From Candidatus Hydrogenedentota bacterium (GTDB taxonomy: Bacteria > Hydrogenedentota > Hydrogenedentia > Hydrogenedentales > SLHB01): 59,955 nt of DNA. The DNA is taken from contig JAWXCN010000012.1 in the NCBI GenBank assembly GCA_034408725.1, forward strand, positions 1 through 59,955. The letters run 5' to 3'. Made by a program: the position numbers and the translations under genes. The notes beneath the pieces were generated by a model. The model had not been told where the DNA came from, did no database searches, and saw only the letters and a program-made list of their open reading frames with translations. Below are positions 10,611 to 19,061 of this stretch, piece by piece (positions within the stretch are counted from its first letter, which is position 1; every line of letters starts with the position of its first letter).

Positions 10611-11699
10611 CTACGATGGCCCTAATCCTTGGCTTTTGCGCCGCTCCAGTAGTCCGAGGATTATAAACGTGATGCCTGTTAGCGGGAGGGCGAAATAGAG
10701 TATCGCATTGGTAAATATTTGCGGCACGGATTCGGCGCGGGAATTCATGATCAGGTATGCCGTATAGGCGACGTAGTACCCAAGAAAAATGACGCCTTCC
10801 CATCTGCTGATGGTCGAGCGGGTGAAAAAGATTGGCAAACATGCAACTGCGACGGCGATCATGACGGGGATGTCAAACGCCAGGGCTTCGGGGCTCACGG
10901 AGATTGGCTTGACGAGACTGCTGATTCCGAGCACGGACAGAATGTTGAAAATATTGCTGCCGACGACGTTTCCAATGGCGATGTCGCGCTCTCCGCGAAT
11001 AGTCGCGACAATGGATGTGGCAACTTCCGGAAGCGAGGTGCCGATCGCGACGATTGTTAGTCCGATGACCAGTTCGCTGACGCCAAATGCCTGGGCGACT
11101 TCGATGGCGCTGTCGACGAAGATGCGCGCGCCGAATATAAGCATTACGAGTCCGATGGCGACGGAACCAATATCGACTATGAACCGGACCGGCGTTTCTT
11201 TTTTTGTATCGCCGTAATCCGCGTCGAACGCTTCCTGAACGGTTTTTCTTTCGCTACGGCTTTTTCGAATCACGTAGACCGTGTACGCGACTATCGCGGT
11301 AAATAGGAGGACGCCGTCGATACGCCCCAGGACGCCATTCAGTCCCATCACCGCGAGTGCGATGGATACCGCAATCATGATGGGGACGTCGAACCGGATG
11401 AGTTGCGCATTGACTTTCAGCGGCGAAATCAGCGCGCATGCGCCAAGTATAAACAGTACGGTGAAGATGTTGCTGCCGACGACGTTGCCCAATGCAATGT
11501 CTGATTGGCCGGTCCATGCGGCTTTCACGCTGACGGCAAGTTCTGGCGTGCTGGTGCCGTACGCAACAACGGTCAATCCGATGACCAAAGGCGACACGCC
11601 CGCAGCCGCGGCGAGTTTTGATGAACCGCGCACGAGGCCTTCCGCGCCGGCGACGAGGATCGCAAGTCCGATGAAGAGCATCAGCCACGTCATGAACAC
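10611..11699 (-). CDS. Calcium/sodium antiporter (YrbG/CaCA family)
   Basis: Duplicated alpha motifs GTSTPE / GTSLPE and GNVVGSNIF. Confidence 0.92.
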   Translation of the reverse strand: MFMTWLMLFIGLAILVAGAEGLVRGSSKLAAAAGVSPLVIGLTVVAYGTSTPELAVSVKAAWTGQSDIALGNVVGSNIFTVLFILGACALISPLKVNAQLIRFDVPIMIAVSIALAVMGLNGVLGRIDGVLLFTAIVAYTVYVIRKSRSERKTVQEAFDADYGDTKKETPVRFIVDIGSVAIGLVMLIFGARIFVDSAIEVAQAFGVSELVIGLTIVAIGTSLPEVATSIVATIRGERDIAIGNVVGSNIFNILSVLGISSLVKPISVSPEALAFDIPVMIAVAVACLPIFFTRSTISRWEGVIFLGYYVAYTAYLIMNSRAESVPQIFTNAILYFALPLTGITFIILGLLERRKSQGLGPS

Positions 11700-11759
11700 A
11701 CATCCCTGGTTGCAGAATACAGGAACGCGAAGGCCGCCAAACCGATCGGATCGCGCGGG

Positions 11760-13898
11760 CTATTGCTGCACGGGCGCCTCTTCCACGGCAGGCGCTTCGG
11801 AGGGCACGGTTTCGGTGGCCGCGGGCGACGGCTCCGCTGGATCAGGCGTAACGGTGGCCGATGCAGCGCTGTCATCAATTGGGGCGGGCTCAATCGGGGC
11901 CGTGGTCTCGGCAGGCGCCGTAGCGGCCTCCCCCTCGGCTGTTGCGGGAGCGGCTGCATCAGTACCGACGGCCTCCGGCGTTACTACCATATCAATGGGC
12001 GGAGTCGTCAATGGCGCGCCGGTTATATCGGCTGTAGTCTCATCGCCGGTTGGATTGCCTTCCTCGTCCACAAGTCCCAGTGCACGCACAAACGCGCCGT
12101 TATCGACGTCGTACAGGCCCTTGTTCATCAAATCCTCCCGGAGGTAGGCGAGGTAATCTTCAATGCGCCGCGCTTCTTCCTGCTGGAGCGCCTGCTCGCG
12201 CAGGGTTTTCTGTTCGAGCGGCCAATCTTCTGCCAACATTTTTTCATCGGGCGGGGTTTTGGAGACGATCTCGACGAAATAAGTTTTGCCGGTGAAATCG
12301 TTGATCGGCCCGATGAACGCGCCCGGCTCTTTATCCATTGCGAGTGCCATCACGTCGCGAGGGTTCCACATAGGGCCTTTGCTGAAATCGTAGGTCTTGG
12401 TGCTGAACGCGGGCAAGGTTTCAATCGTCGCGCCCAGCTCCGGGTATTGCGTGACGATGTCCTGGAGTGATTTCGCGCTTGCGGAAATCTTTTGCGTGAG
12501 CTCGGCAGTTTGCTGGCGGTATTCAGGAGTGCTGCCGAGGCGCGCGATAGTGTTTTCAAGAACTTTCTCGCGCACCGACTCGAGCGGCTGCGGCACGGCG
12601 GGAACCACTTCAATGACCTTCGTGACGTAGATGTTGCGCTGCGCTTCAAAGGACTCGGGAATCTCGTTCAGCGCGACGGCGGCAAGGCGCGAACGCAGGA
12701 AACGCGCGTCGGCGTCGGGCACATTTTCAATATTGAGTGTCTCGACGGAAAATGGGCCGGACGTTTGCACTTCGAGGCCGGCTTCTGTCGTCGCGGCGCG
12801 CAGATCCCCGGTTTCTTTTGCCTTGGCCTGGACCGCATTCGCCTTGTCTTTCGCGGCGGTGTATTCGGCTTCATCCAGCTTGGCGGCAACGAGAATTTCG
12901 CGTACCTTCACTTCGCGGAGATTTGAGACCGGGTCGGTGCGTTCGTCTTCGACTTTGTAGATGTAATACCCGTTAGGGCCGTCAATCGGTTCGCTAACCT
13001 CGCCTTTTTTCAGGGCAAACACGGGTTTCTGGTGCGGGCGCACGATGGGGCCGTCCGACATCCAGCCAAGATCGCCGCCGCTGTCTTTTGTGGGCGAGGT
13101 GGAATGTTCAGTGACCAGCGCCAAGAAATCTTCACCGGCGCGCGCGCGCTGAACCAGTTCATCCGCAAGGGCGGGCTTGGGCGGCACGAGGGAAATAGCG
13201 ACGAACTCGGCACGGCGCATTTCCGGCAGCGCGTAGGCGTCGGGATTCTGGTCGTAGGTTTCTTTGATCTGTTCCTCGGTCGGCTCGATCTTCGGCGCGA
13301 CGCCAATGTACTTTAATTCGATGCTGGTATTGTTTTCTTCAAACTGTTTGCGGAGGTCTTCGTCCAACACGCGCGCAGAAGCCACCGCCCGCTCGATGAC
13401 GAGGTTGCGCGCGAGTTGCTGGCGCTCCGATTCGTAGAACTGGTTCCAGGGGATTTCTTTTCGTTTTACGATGTCGTTCCAAAATTTAGGATCGAACTGG
13501 CCCTGATCGTTTTTGAATTCCGGCTTGTCTTTTATTTTCTCGACGATGTAGTCCCTGTCGAATGCGTATTTGCCCTTTTCGGCTTCTTCACTGATGATCT
13601 CGCTGCTTACGAGATTTTCAAGCGCCTTCATCGCGGTGCCATCCTGAAGCATTTGGTCCAACGTGGGGGCTTGGCCGAATTGGCCACGCTGCTGGCGCTC
13701 GGACATGAGATAGCTGCGGAAGTCTTCAGCGGAGATGGGACGGTCCGCCACGACGGCGACGGCTTCGACGTTGCGAGGGTCGGCGCCAGTGCCCCCCATA
13801 CCAAACGAACCGCCCCAAAGGACGAACATCGGGACGATTAGCACCAGCACTATTCCCAAGAATAAGCGCTTGTGCTTTCGCATCATGTCTTGAATCAT
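11760..13898 (-). CDS. PpiD-like periplasmic chaperone (SurA N-terminal plus parvulin domain)
   Basis: N-terminal TM after MIQDMMRKHK; rotamase GEDF..L...S...SGGDLGW and GEVSEPI..PNGYYI; Ala/Pro/Glu-rich tail. Confidence 0.8.
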   Translation of the reverse strand: MIQDMMRKHKRLFLGIVLVLIVPMFVLWGGSFGMGGTGADPRNVEAVAVVADRPISAEDFRSYLMSERQQRGQFGQAPTLDQMLQDGTAMKALENLVSSEIISEEAEKGKYAFDRDYIVEKIKDKPEFKNDQGQFDPKFWNDIVKRKEIPWNQFYESERQQLARNLVIERAVASARVLDEDLRKQFEENNTSIELKYIGVAPKIEPTEEQIKETYDQNPDAYALPEMRRAEFVAISLVPPKPALADELVQRARAGEDFLALVTEHSTSPTKDSGGDLGWMSDGPIVRPHQKPVFALKKGEVSEPIDGPNGYYIYKVEDERTDPVSNLREVKVREILVAAKLDEAEYTAAKDKANAVQAKAKETGDLRAATTEAGLEVQTSGPFSVETLNIENVPDADARFLRSRLAAVALNEIPESFEAQRNIYVTKVIEVVPAVPQPLESVREKVLENTIARLGSTPEYRQQTAELTQKISASAKSLQDIVTQYPELGATIETLPAFSTKTYDFSKGPMWNPRDVMALAMDKEPGAFIGPINDFTGKTYFVEIVSKTPPDEKMLAEDWPLEQKTLREQALQQEEARRIEDYLAYLREDLMNKGLYDVDNGAFVRALGLVDEEGNPTGDETTADITGAPLTTPPIDMVVTPEAVGTDAAAPATAEGEAATAPAETTAPIEPAPIDDSAASATVTPDPAEPSPAATETVPSEAPAVEEAPVQQ

Positions 13899-14059
13899 AA
13901 CTACCCAACCTCCGGTACACGCGGCAACACCCTTTTTCCAGGATATGCGAGGTGAAGGGGGTACACCGCGGGAATGCGCCAAAAACATGTGAGCGTAGCA
14001 TATGGCTGCATGTTCCCGCAACGCGAAGAGTCAATAAGTGAGAGTGTATACACGATGCG

Positions 14060-14253
<194 letters not shown>

Positions 14254-14274
14254 ACAAGCGCGAGAATAGAATCG

Positions 14275-15360
14275 TCATCTAAGCGCGATGGGCGCCCCGG
14301 CTCTCGGGGAATCGGCGCGGTACTCAAGGCCGAGCAGGGCCGCAGCGGTTGACGCGATTTGATTTTGCGTCGTGGGCACGTCCATCACGATTCCCTTCGC
14401 GGGGATCCCTGCGCCCATTGCCGCGATCCAGATGCGGTCTGTTTCGGGCATTTTTTCGCCGTGACCGTTCCAGGTCTCCGGTTTGTCGCCACGGCCGTGA
14501 TCGGTCGACAGGAGGAGCGCGGTCTTGTTCCGGTACTGCGGCATGGACTGGAGCTGTTCCCATATACGTCGAATGAAATCGTCGGTGCGATGCGCTGATT
14601 CCAGATACTGATCGTAATTGTTCATGTGCGCCCAGTCGTCGGTTTCGCCGAAGGAGATGTAGAGGACGCGGGGCTTCTGCTTTTTGATGTATTCAAATGC
14701 GGCGTAGTAGGTGAAGACGTCGTAGCGGACGCTGTCCCATATCTGCGGCGAATCGACGAGAATATCGTTGATTGCGTCCCTACGTTTGTTATCGGAAGCG
14801 ATCTCGAAGGGCACCCAACCGGAGTTCACGGGCAACCCGCTGCGTTCGGTGTTGATGATGAAGGGAAACACGTCCCATGATGTGAATGCGGCGACACTGC
14901 CTTTGTACTCGCGGCGGTTATTCAGCCACTCGAGCACAGTTACATTGGGATTGTTCGTCTTTGCGTTGGAATCGATGCGGTCATCCGGCGCGCCGACCAG
15001 AATTTCGCTGTAACCTGGATATGAAAAGTTTCTCCCATTGGTGACGAGCGAAATGCTGTTGCTTTCGGCGTGGCCGAAGACCTGCCCTTGTTTCGCGACG
15101 GTACCCCAGAAAAACGGCATGAGCTTTTCGCGGCGTTCCTCCGGCGTTTCCGCGAAATACTTGATGCGCATTCCCGCGATGTTTTTCGTGACCTTCAGCG
15201 CGGGGGCGAGAAAGAGCTCCTCGACGCCGCCGAAAACTTCCTGCCAGCGCAGACCATCGTAGGTGATGATCACGACATTCTTCGCGGGTGGCGCGTCCGC
15301 GCCCGCGACAACGGCAAACACGATACCAACGAACATCAGGACTATTCGGCGCATGAACAT
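14275..15360 (-). CDS. Secreted alkaline phosphatase superfamily protein
   Basis: Signal peptide; VIITYDGLRWQEVF, FSYPGYSE, ETDDWAH, STDHGRG metal-binding motifs. Confidence 0.85.
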   Translation of the reverse strand: MFMRRIVLMFVGIVFAVVAGADAPPAKNVVIITYDGLRWQEVFGGVEELFLAPALKVTKNIAGMRIKYFAETPEERREKLMPFFWGTVAKQGQVFGHAESNSISLVTNGRNFSYPGYSEILVGAPDDRIDSNAKTNNPNVTVLEWLNNRREYKGSVAAFTSWDVFPFIINTERSGLPVNSGWVPFEIASDNKRRDAINDILVDSPQIWDSVRYDVFTYYAAFEYIKKQKPRVLYISFGETDDWAHMNNYDQYLESAHRTDDFIRRIWEQLQSMPQYRNKTALLLSTDHGRGDKPETWNGHGEKMPETDRIWIAAMGAGIPAKGIVMDVPTTQNQIASTAAALLGLEYRADSPRAGAPIALR

Positions 15361-15429
15361 TCTCCCCCGGCGGTGCTTGAGTGAAGCTCAATCCTGCGCG
15401 TCGCGCGGTATCAAGTTCAAGCATTGGGT

Positions 15430-15459
15430 TTGACGCTACGCGGCGAGGAGCGTTACACT
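15430..15459 (+). promoter_or_regulatory. Putative sigma70 promoter for gpmI
   Basis: TTGACG-18 nt-TACACT about 40 nt upstream of the ATG at 15501. Confidence 0.45.
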
Positions 15460-15500
15460 TTGCGGATCTCCGTTTTAATGGATCATGGAAGGATTGCGTC

Positions 15501-17126
15501 ATGCCGGACCTGAAACTGAAATCGCTACCCAATTACAAACCGTTTCCGGGACCGGTAGTTTTTATCGTTATGGACGGCGTTGGGATCGGCAAGCGCGACG
15601 AATCGGACGGAGTCTGGCTTGCTTACACGCCGGTGCTGGACGCCCTAATGAATGAGCCGTTGTACGCGCAACTCAAGGCGCACGGCGCCGCGGTAGGCAT
15701 GCCATCGGATGAGGACATGGGCAATTCGGAGGTGGGCCACAATGCGCTGGGTGCGGGCCGTGTGTTTGCGCAGGGCGCAAAACTCGTGAGCGAGGCGATA
15801 GCATCCGGACGGATTTTTGAAGGCGCGGCATGGAAGTCAGCGATTGCGAAAGCCAGGGCCGGCGGCACGCTCCACCTCATCGGTTTGCTGTCGGACGGCA
15901 ATGTTCATAGCCATATCAATCACGTGCTGGCATTGTTGGATCGTAGCGCGGCCGCGGGCGTCGAGCGCGTGCGCTTGCACGTGTTGACCGATGGGCGAGA
16001 CGTACGCGAACGCAGCGCGTTGGGGTACATCGCCAAAGTGGAAGAAAAACTGGCCGCACTGAACAGCAATGGCTGCGACTACTGCATGGCGTCCGGGGGC
16101 GGCCGCATGATAACGACGATGGACCGGTACAACGCGGACTGGTCGATTGTCGAGCGCGGGTGGAACGCGCATGTGCTGGGAGACGCGCGGATGTTTTCGA
16201 GCGCGGCGGGCGCGGTGCAGACGTATTACGACGAAGACCCGACGGTGACGGACCAGTATGTTGGCAGTTTTGTAGTCGCGAAGGACGGCCAGCCGGTCGG
16301 CACGATCGAAGACGGCGACGCCGTTATATTCTTCAACTTCCGTGGCGATCGAGGCATCGAAATTACAAAAGCGTTTGAAGAAGGCGCGGAGTTCGACAAG
16401 TTTGATCGCAAGCGCGCGCCGAAAGTATTTTACGCGGGCATGATGCAGTACGACGGTGACGCGCTGGTGCCGAAGCATTATCTGGTCGAGCCGCCGGCGA
16501 TCGAGCGTACCGTCGCCGAGTACATGTGCGCGCAGGGCATCACGGCATATGCGATCTCGGAAACCCAGAAGTTTGGGCACATCACCTATTTCTGGAACGG
16601 GAACAACACCGGCTATATCGATGAAAATCTGGAAACATACGTCGAGATTCCTTCCGACCGCGTGCAATGCGATCAGCGGCCCTGGATGAAATCGGCGGAG
16701 ATCACCGACGCGGTGATCTCCGCTGTTGAAAGCGGCAAACATAAGTTTATTCGCATCAACTATCCGAATGGCGATATGGTGGGCCACACCGGCGTGCCGA
16801 TTTCCATTCGCGTGTCGGTTGAAGCGGTCGATATCGCGCTACGGCGGTTGTTGCCCGTAATCGCGAAGGCGAAGGGCATAGCGGTCATCACCGCCGACCA
16901 CGGTAACGCAGATTGTATGTTCACGGAGAAAAACGGCAAGCGCGAGCCCATGGTCGCGCATACGCTGAACCCCGTGCCGTTCATCATCAAGGACTACACC
17001 GGCGCAAACGCGATCACGATAAAGAAGGTGGATGGCGCAGGCTTGAGCAATGTCGCGGCGACGCTGATGAATCTGCTGGGGTACGAGAAGCCGGCGGAAT
17101 ATGACGAGAGTTTGATCGAGATTTAA
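15501..17126 (+). CDS. gpmI: 2,3-bisphosphoglycerate-independent phosphoglycerate mutase
   Basis: MGNSEVGH, LSDGNVHSH, DGRD, NFRGDR, ETQKFGHITYFWNG, DMVGHTG, TADHGNAD. Confidence 0.97.
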   Translation: MPDLKLKSLPNYKPFPGPVVFIVMDGVGIGKRDESDGVWLAYTPVLDALMNEPLYAQLKAHGAAVGMPSDEDMGNSEVGHNALGAGRVFAQGAKLVSEAIASGRIFEGAAWKSAIAKARAGGTLHLIGLLSDGNVHSHINHVLALLDRSAAAGVERVRLHVLTDGRDVRERSALGYIAKVEEKLAALNSNGCDYCMASGGGRMITTMDRYNADWSIVERGWNAHVLGDARMFSSAAGAVQTYYDEDPTVTDQYVGSFVVAKDGQPVGTIEDGDAVIFFNFRGDRGIEITKAFEEGAEFDKFDRKRAPKVFYAGMMQYDGDALVPKHYLVEPPAIERTVAEYMCAQGITAYAISETQKFGHITYFWNGNNTGYIDENLETYVEIPSDRVQCDQRPWMKSAEITDAVISAVESGKHKFIRINYPNGDMVGHTGVPISIRVSVEAVDIALRRLLPVIAKAKGIAVITADHGNADCMFTEKNGKREPMVAHTLNPVPFIIKDYTGANAITIKKVDGAGLSNVAATLMNLLGYEKPAEYDESLIEI

Positions 17127-17139
17127 CGAGTTACAGCCG

Positions 17140-17589
17140 TTACTCCGCAGGCTCTGCGGTTTTCCTCAATTTCCTCACTGAGTATGGCGCAAAAGTATAA
17201 AACTCAACGATCAACTTTATTTTCAGTCGTGCCAGAAATTGAAATGCTTCCACATCGAACCCAAAGCCTGTTCCAACCTCGGACTCTTGGTAGATCGCAC
17301 AGCGCATTTGTCTTTCGACTTCTTCCGGAAGAGAGTCAATTCTTTCCAATTTAGGTTCAAGAATACTCCTGAGCAGCGAAATGTGCTCTTCTTCATCCGC
17401 GTCGTTCGGCAAACCGGAACCCAAGTTCCAAACGTGAGATTTAATACCTGGCCTCGATCCCTTTAACGTCACGCTCGTTGGCTGAATATCTAGTCGTTGA
17501 GTTAGTTTTTCGGGGTGTATTTCTGCGCTATACAATACGAAGCTGATGAAGACATAACGCGGTGGAAATAGTGCCGGTTCGCAATCCAT
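17140..17589 (-). CDS. DUF4279-like protein
   Basis: EIHPEKLTQRLDIQPT...KG...WNL..S...EEHI..L...L pattern resembles DUF4279; AT-rich; RBS ggagag. Confidence 0.6.
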   Translation of the reverse strand: MDCEPALFPPRYVFISFVLYSAEIHPEKLTQRLDIQPTSVTLKGSRPGIKSHVWNLGSGLPNDADEEEHISLLRSILEPKLERIDSLPEEVERQMRCAIYQESEVGTGFGFDVEAFQFLARLKIKLIVEFYTFAPYSVRKLRKTAEPAE

Positions 17590-17613
17590 GAGTCTCTCCA
17601 GGCCATTTCAAAG

Positions 17614-17643
17614 CTACACCGAGTAATGTTTGGCGACTTTCAG
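17614..17643 (-). pseudogene. Remnant of the extreme 3' end of a divergent degT allele
   Basis: Translates LKVAKHYSV*, versus RKVAAHYSV* at the end of the intact gene (19062-19091). Confidence 0.75.
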
Positions 17644-17665
17644 ACTTTGACATTTGATTTTTTCG

Positions 17666-18223
17666 CTATTGATCCATAAGTGTTAGCGTAATCATATCTT
17701 CTGCTGTGGTCCGTTTCGCTGTGCCGAAAATTAGTCGTTCGTCATTTACCGGCTCTAAATCGTGTAGAGAAGCTCTGAGGCGCACAATGTTGAGGCGGCG
17801 GTTGTGAATTCGGATACGGTAAATTGAGGACTCATGACCCGTTGTGAGAATGAAATGAATGTCCTTGCGGATGGGAGGCCCAACGGGAACAAAACCGATC
17901 ATTCCGCCCGTTTGTAACGATGTACTTCCTGAAAAGTCAAAACGGAATACACCGTCAGATGTGGTATTTCCTCGCAGAAGAGTAGAGCCCGGTTTTCCGT
18001 CGCCTAATGTTCCATTGAGCGCATCGGCCAATGCCACGTCCTCGTTTGCCAGGCTCGTGCGGGCGAGCAAAACTGCCCTGCCGGCAACCGGCTGCCCGAC
18101 ACTATTTGACAATTTGCCTTCAACGCGCAATGGGGGGTAAATAACTAGTCTATCGCCGGCGAAACACCCGCAGGCGGAAATAGCGAGAATAGTAGTCGCA
18201 GAACCGCTCAAAAGTTTACGCAA
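17666..18223 (-). CDS. Hypothetical lipoprotein
   Basis: TTG start with RBS gagga; signal and lipobox ILAISAC/ACGC; AT-rich. Confidence 0.6.
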   Translation of the reverse strand: MRKLLSGSATTILAISACGCFAGDRLVIYPPLRVEGKLSNSVGQPVAGRAVLLARTSLANEDVALADALNGTLGDGKPGSTLLRGNTTSDGVFRFDFSGSTSLQTGGMIGFVPVGPPIRKDIHFILTTGHESSIYRIRIHNRRLNIVRLRASLHDLEPVNDERLIFGTAKRTTAEDMITLTLMDQ

Positions 18224-18234
18224 TCCTCATCTCC

Positions 18235-18283
18235 AACTGCATTGGCGACCTCGTCGACATACTGTTCCGGGCATGAATTCGTG
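18235..18283 (-). pseudogene. Remnant of the near-3' segment of a divergent degT allele
   Basis: With one extra base it translates HEFMPEQYVDEVANAV, versus HESMPEQYIEEAAYAV in the intact gene. Confidence 0.8.
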
Positions 18284-18285
18284 GC

Positions 18286-18352
18286 CAGGTTTGAGCAAGT
18301 GGCCGCAACACTGATGCATCTGCTGGGGTACGAGAAGCTGATCACGATTTAG
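18286..18352 (+). pseudogene. Remnant of the 3' end of a divergent gpmI allele
   Basis: 47/54 nt match to 17038-17091 (GLS-VAATLMHLLGYEK), then LITI* versus LIEI*. Confidence 0.85.
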
Positions 18353-18594
18353 CGGCCATAGAATTCTTCGTCCGAAACTCCATCCGCCGGAGTGAGCCGA
18401 AAACGGCGGCGGGCCCCGACGACATATTTGTGGTCAATGTACCTTCCCTGTTGAAGCGGGACCGGATAGACCTCCTTTTTCCCTGCAATGAATTTGATGC
18501 ACTTGAAATGGCTGGATTTATTTGCTTCGCGAACTTCGACGTCAAACGATTCCAAAATTCGCTTGAAATCGTGTCTTGAAATTGGGCTGGGCAC
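18349..18594 (-). CDS. HicA-like toxin
   Basis: About 81 aa, basic; PISRHDFKRILESFDVEVREANKSSHFK..YPVP; directly downstream of a HicB-like gene. Confidence 0.6.
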   Translation of the reverse strand: MPSPISRHDFKRILESFDVEVREANKSSHFKCIKFIAGKKEVYPVPLQQGRYIDHKYVVGARRRFRLTPADGVSDEEFYGR

Positions 18595-18595
18595 G

Positions 18596-18967
18596 CTAAG
18601 CCGGGAGCAATTCCATGCCGCGTATTCCACGCGACACACGGGATAGTTCGGCGGGAGTGATTCGTGCAGGCATCGACGGTGAACCAACCGCTATCTCCGA
18701 GTCGATCAAAACTTCGTTGTATTCTATGTCATTGTTCAACCACTCTTCCGCCTCCGCGGGGAAAAAGAAACGCATCTCGCCGGGCGCCGCAAGGAATTCT
18801 TCGACATAGAGTTTGAATACTTCTTCCAACTGATCCTTGGCTTCTTCGCGGCTGGCACCGATGCCCAACAAATCAAACTCCAGGGCCCGCGCGTAGAATT
18901 TACCGTCTTCTTGTTTGTATGAAACGCGCACCAGTCCTTCCAGGCGCACTTTATTAGTGAGTGACAT
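18596..18967 (-). CDS. HicB-like antitoxin
   Basis: YKQEDGKFYARALEFDLLGIGASREEAKDQLEEVFKLYVEE matches the HicB N-terminal partial RNase H pattern. Confidence 0.7.
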   Translation of the reverse strand: MSLTNKVRLEGLVRVSYKQEDGKFYARALEFDLLGIGASREEAKDQLEEVFKLYVEEFLAAPGEMRFFFPAEAEEWLNNDIEYNEVLIDSEIAVGSPSMPARITPAELSRVSRGIRGMELLPA

Positions 18968-19061
18968 TGGTGCTTTCCTTTATATAATGGCGTCAACGCG
19001 GACGGCCTCGTTAAGTATACAACAACGGCTAATTCGGCGAGCGGGGCGTATTTTGTGCGTA

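Noticed and set aside
10347-10625. Small ORFs encoding DYEHEHEHE or VLVLVL peptides (also 13974-14327)
   Set aside because: They are translations of the hexamer and heptamer repeat in various frames, with no RBS or consistent start
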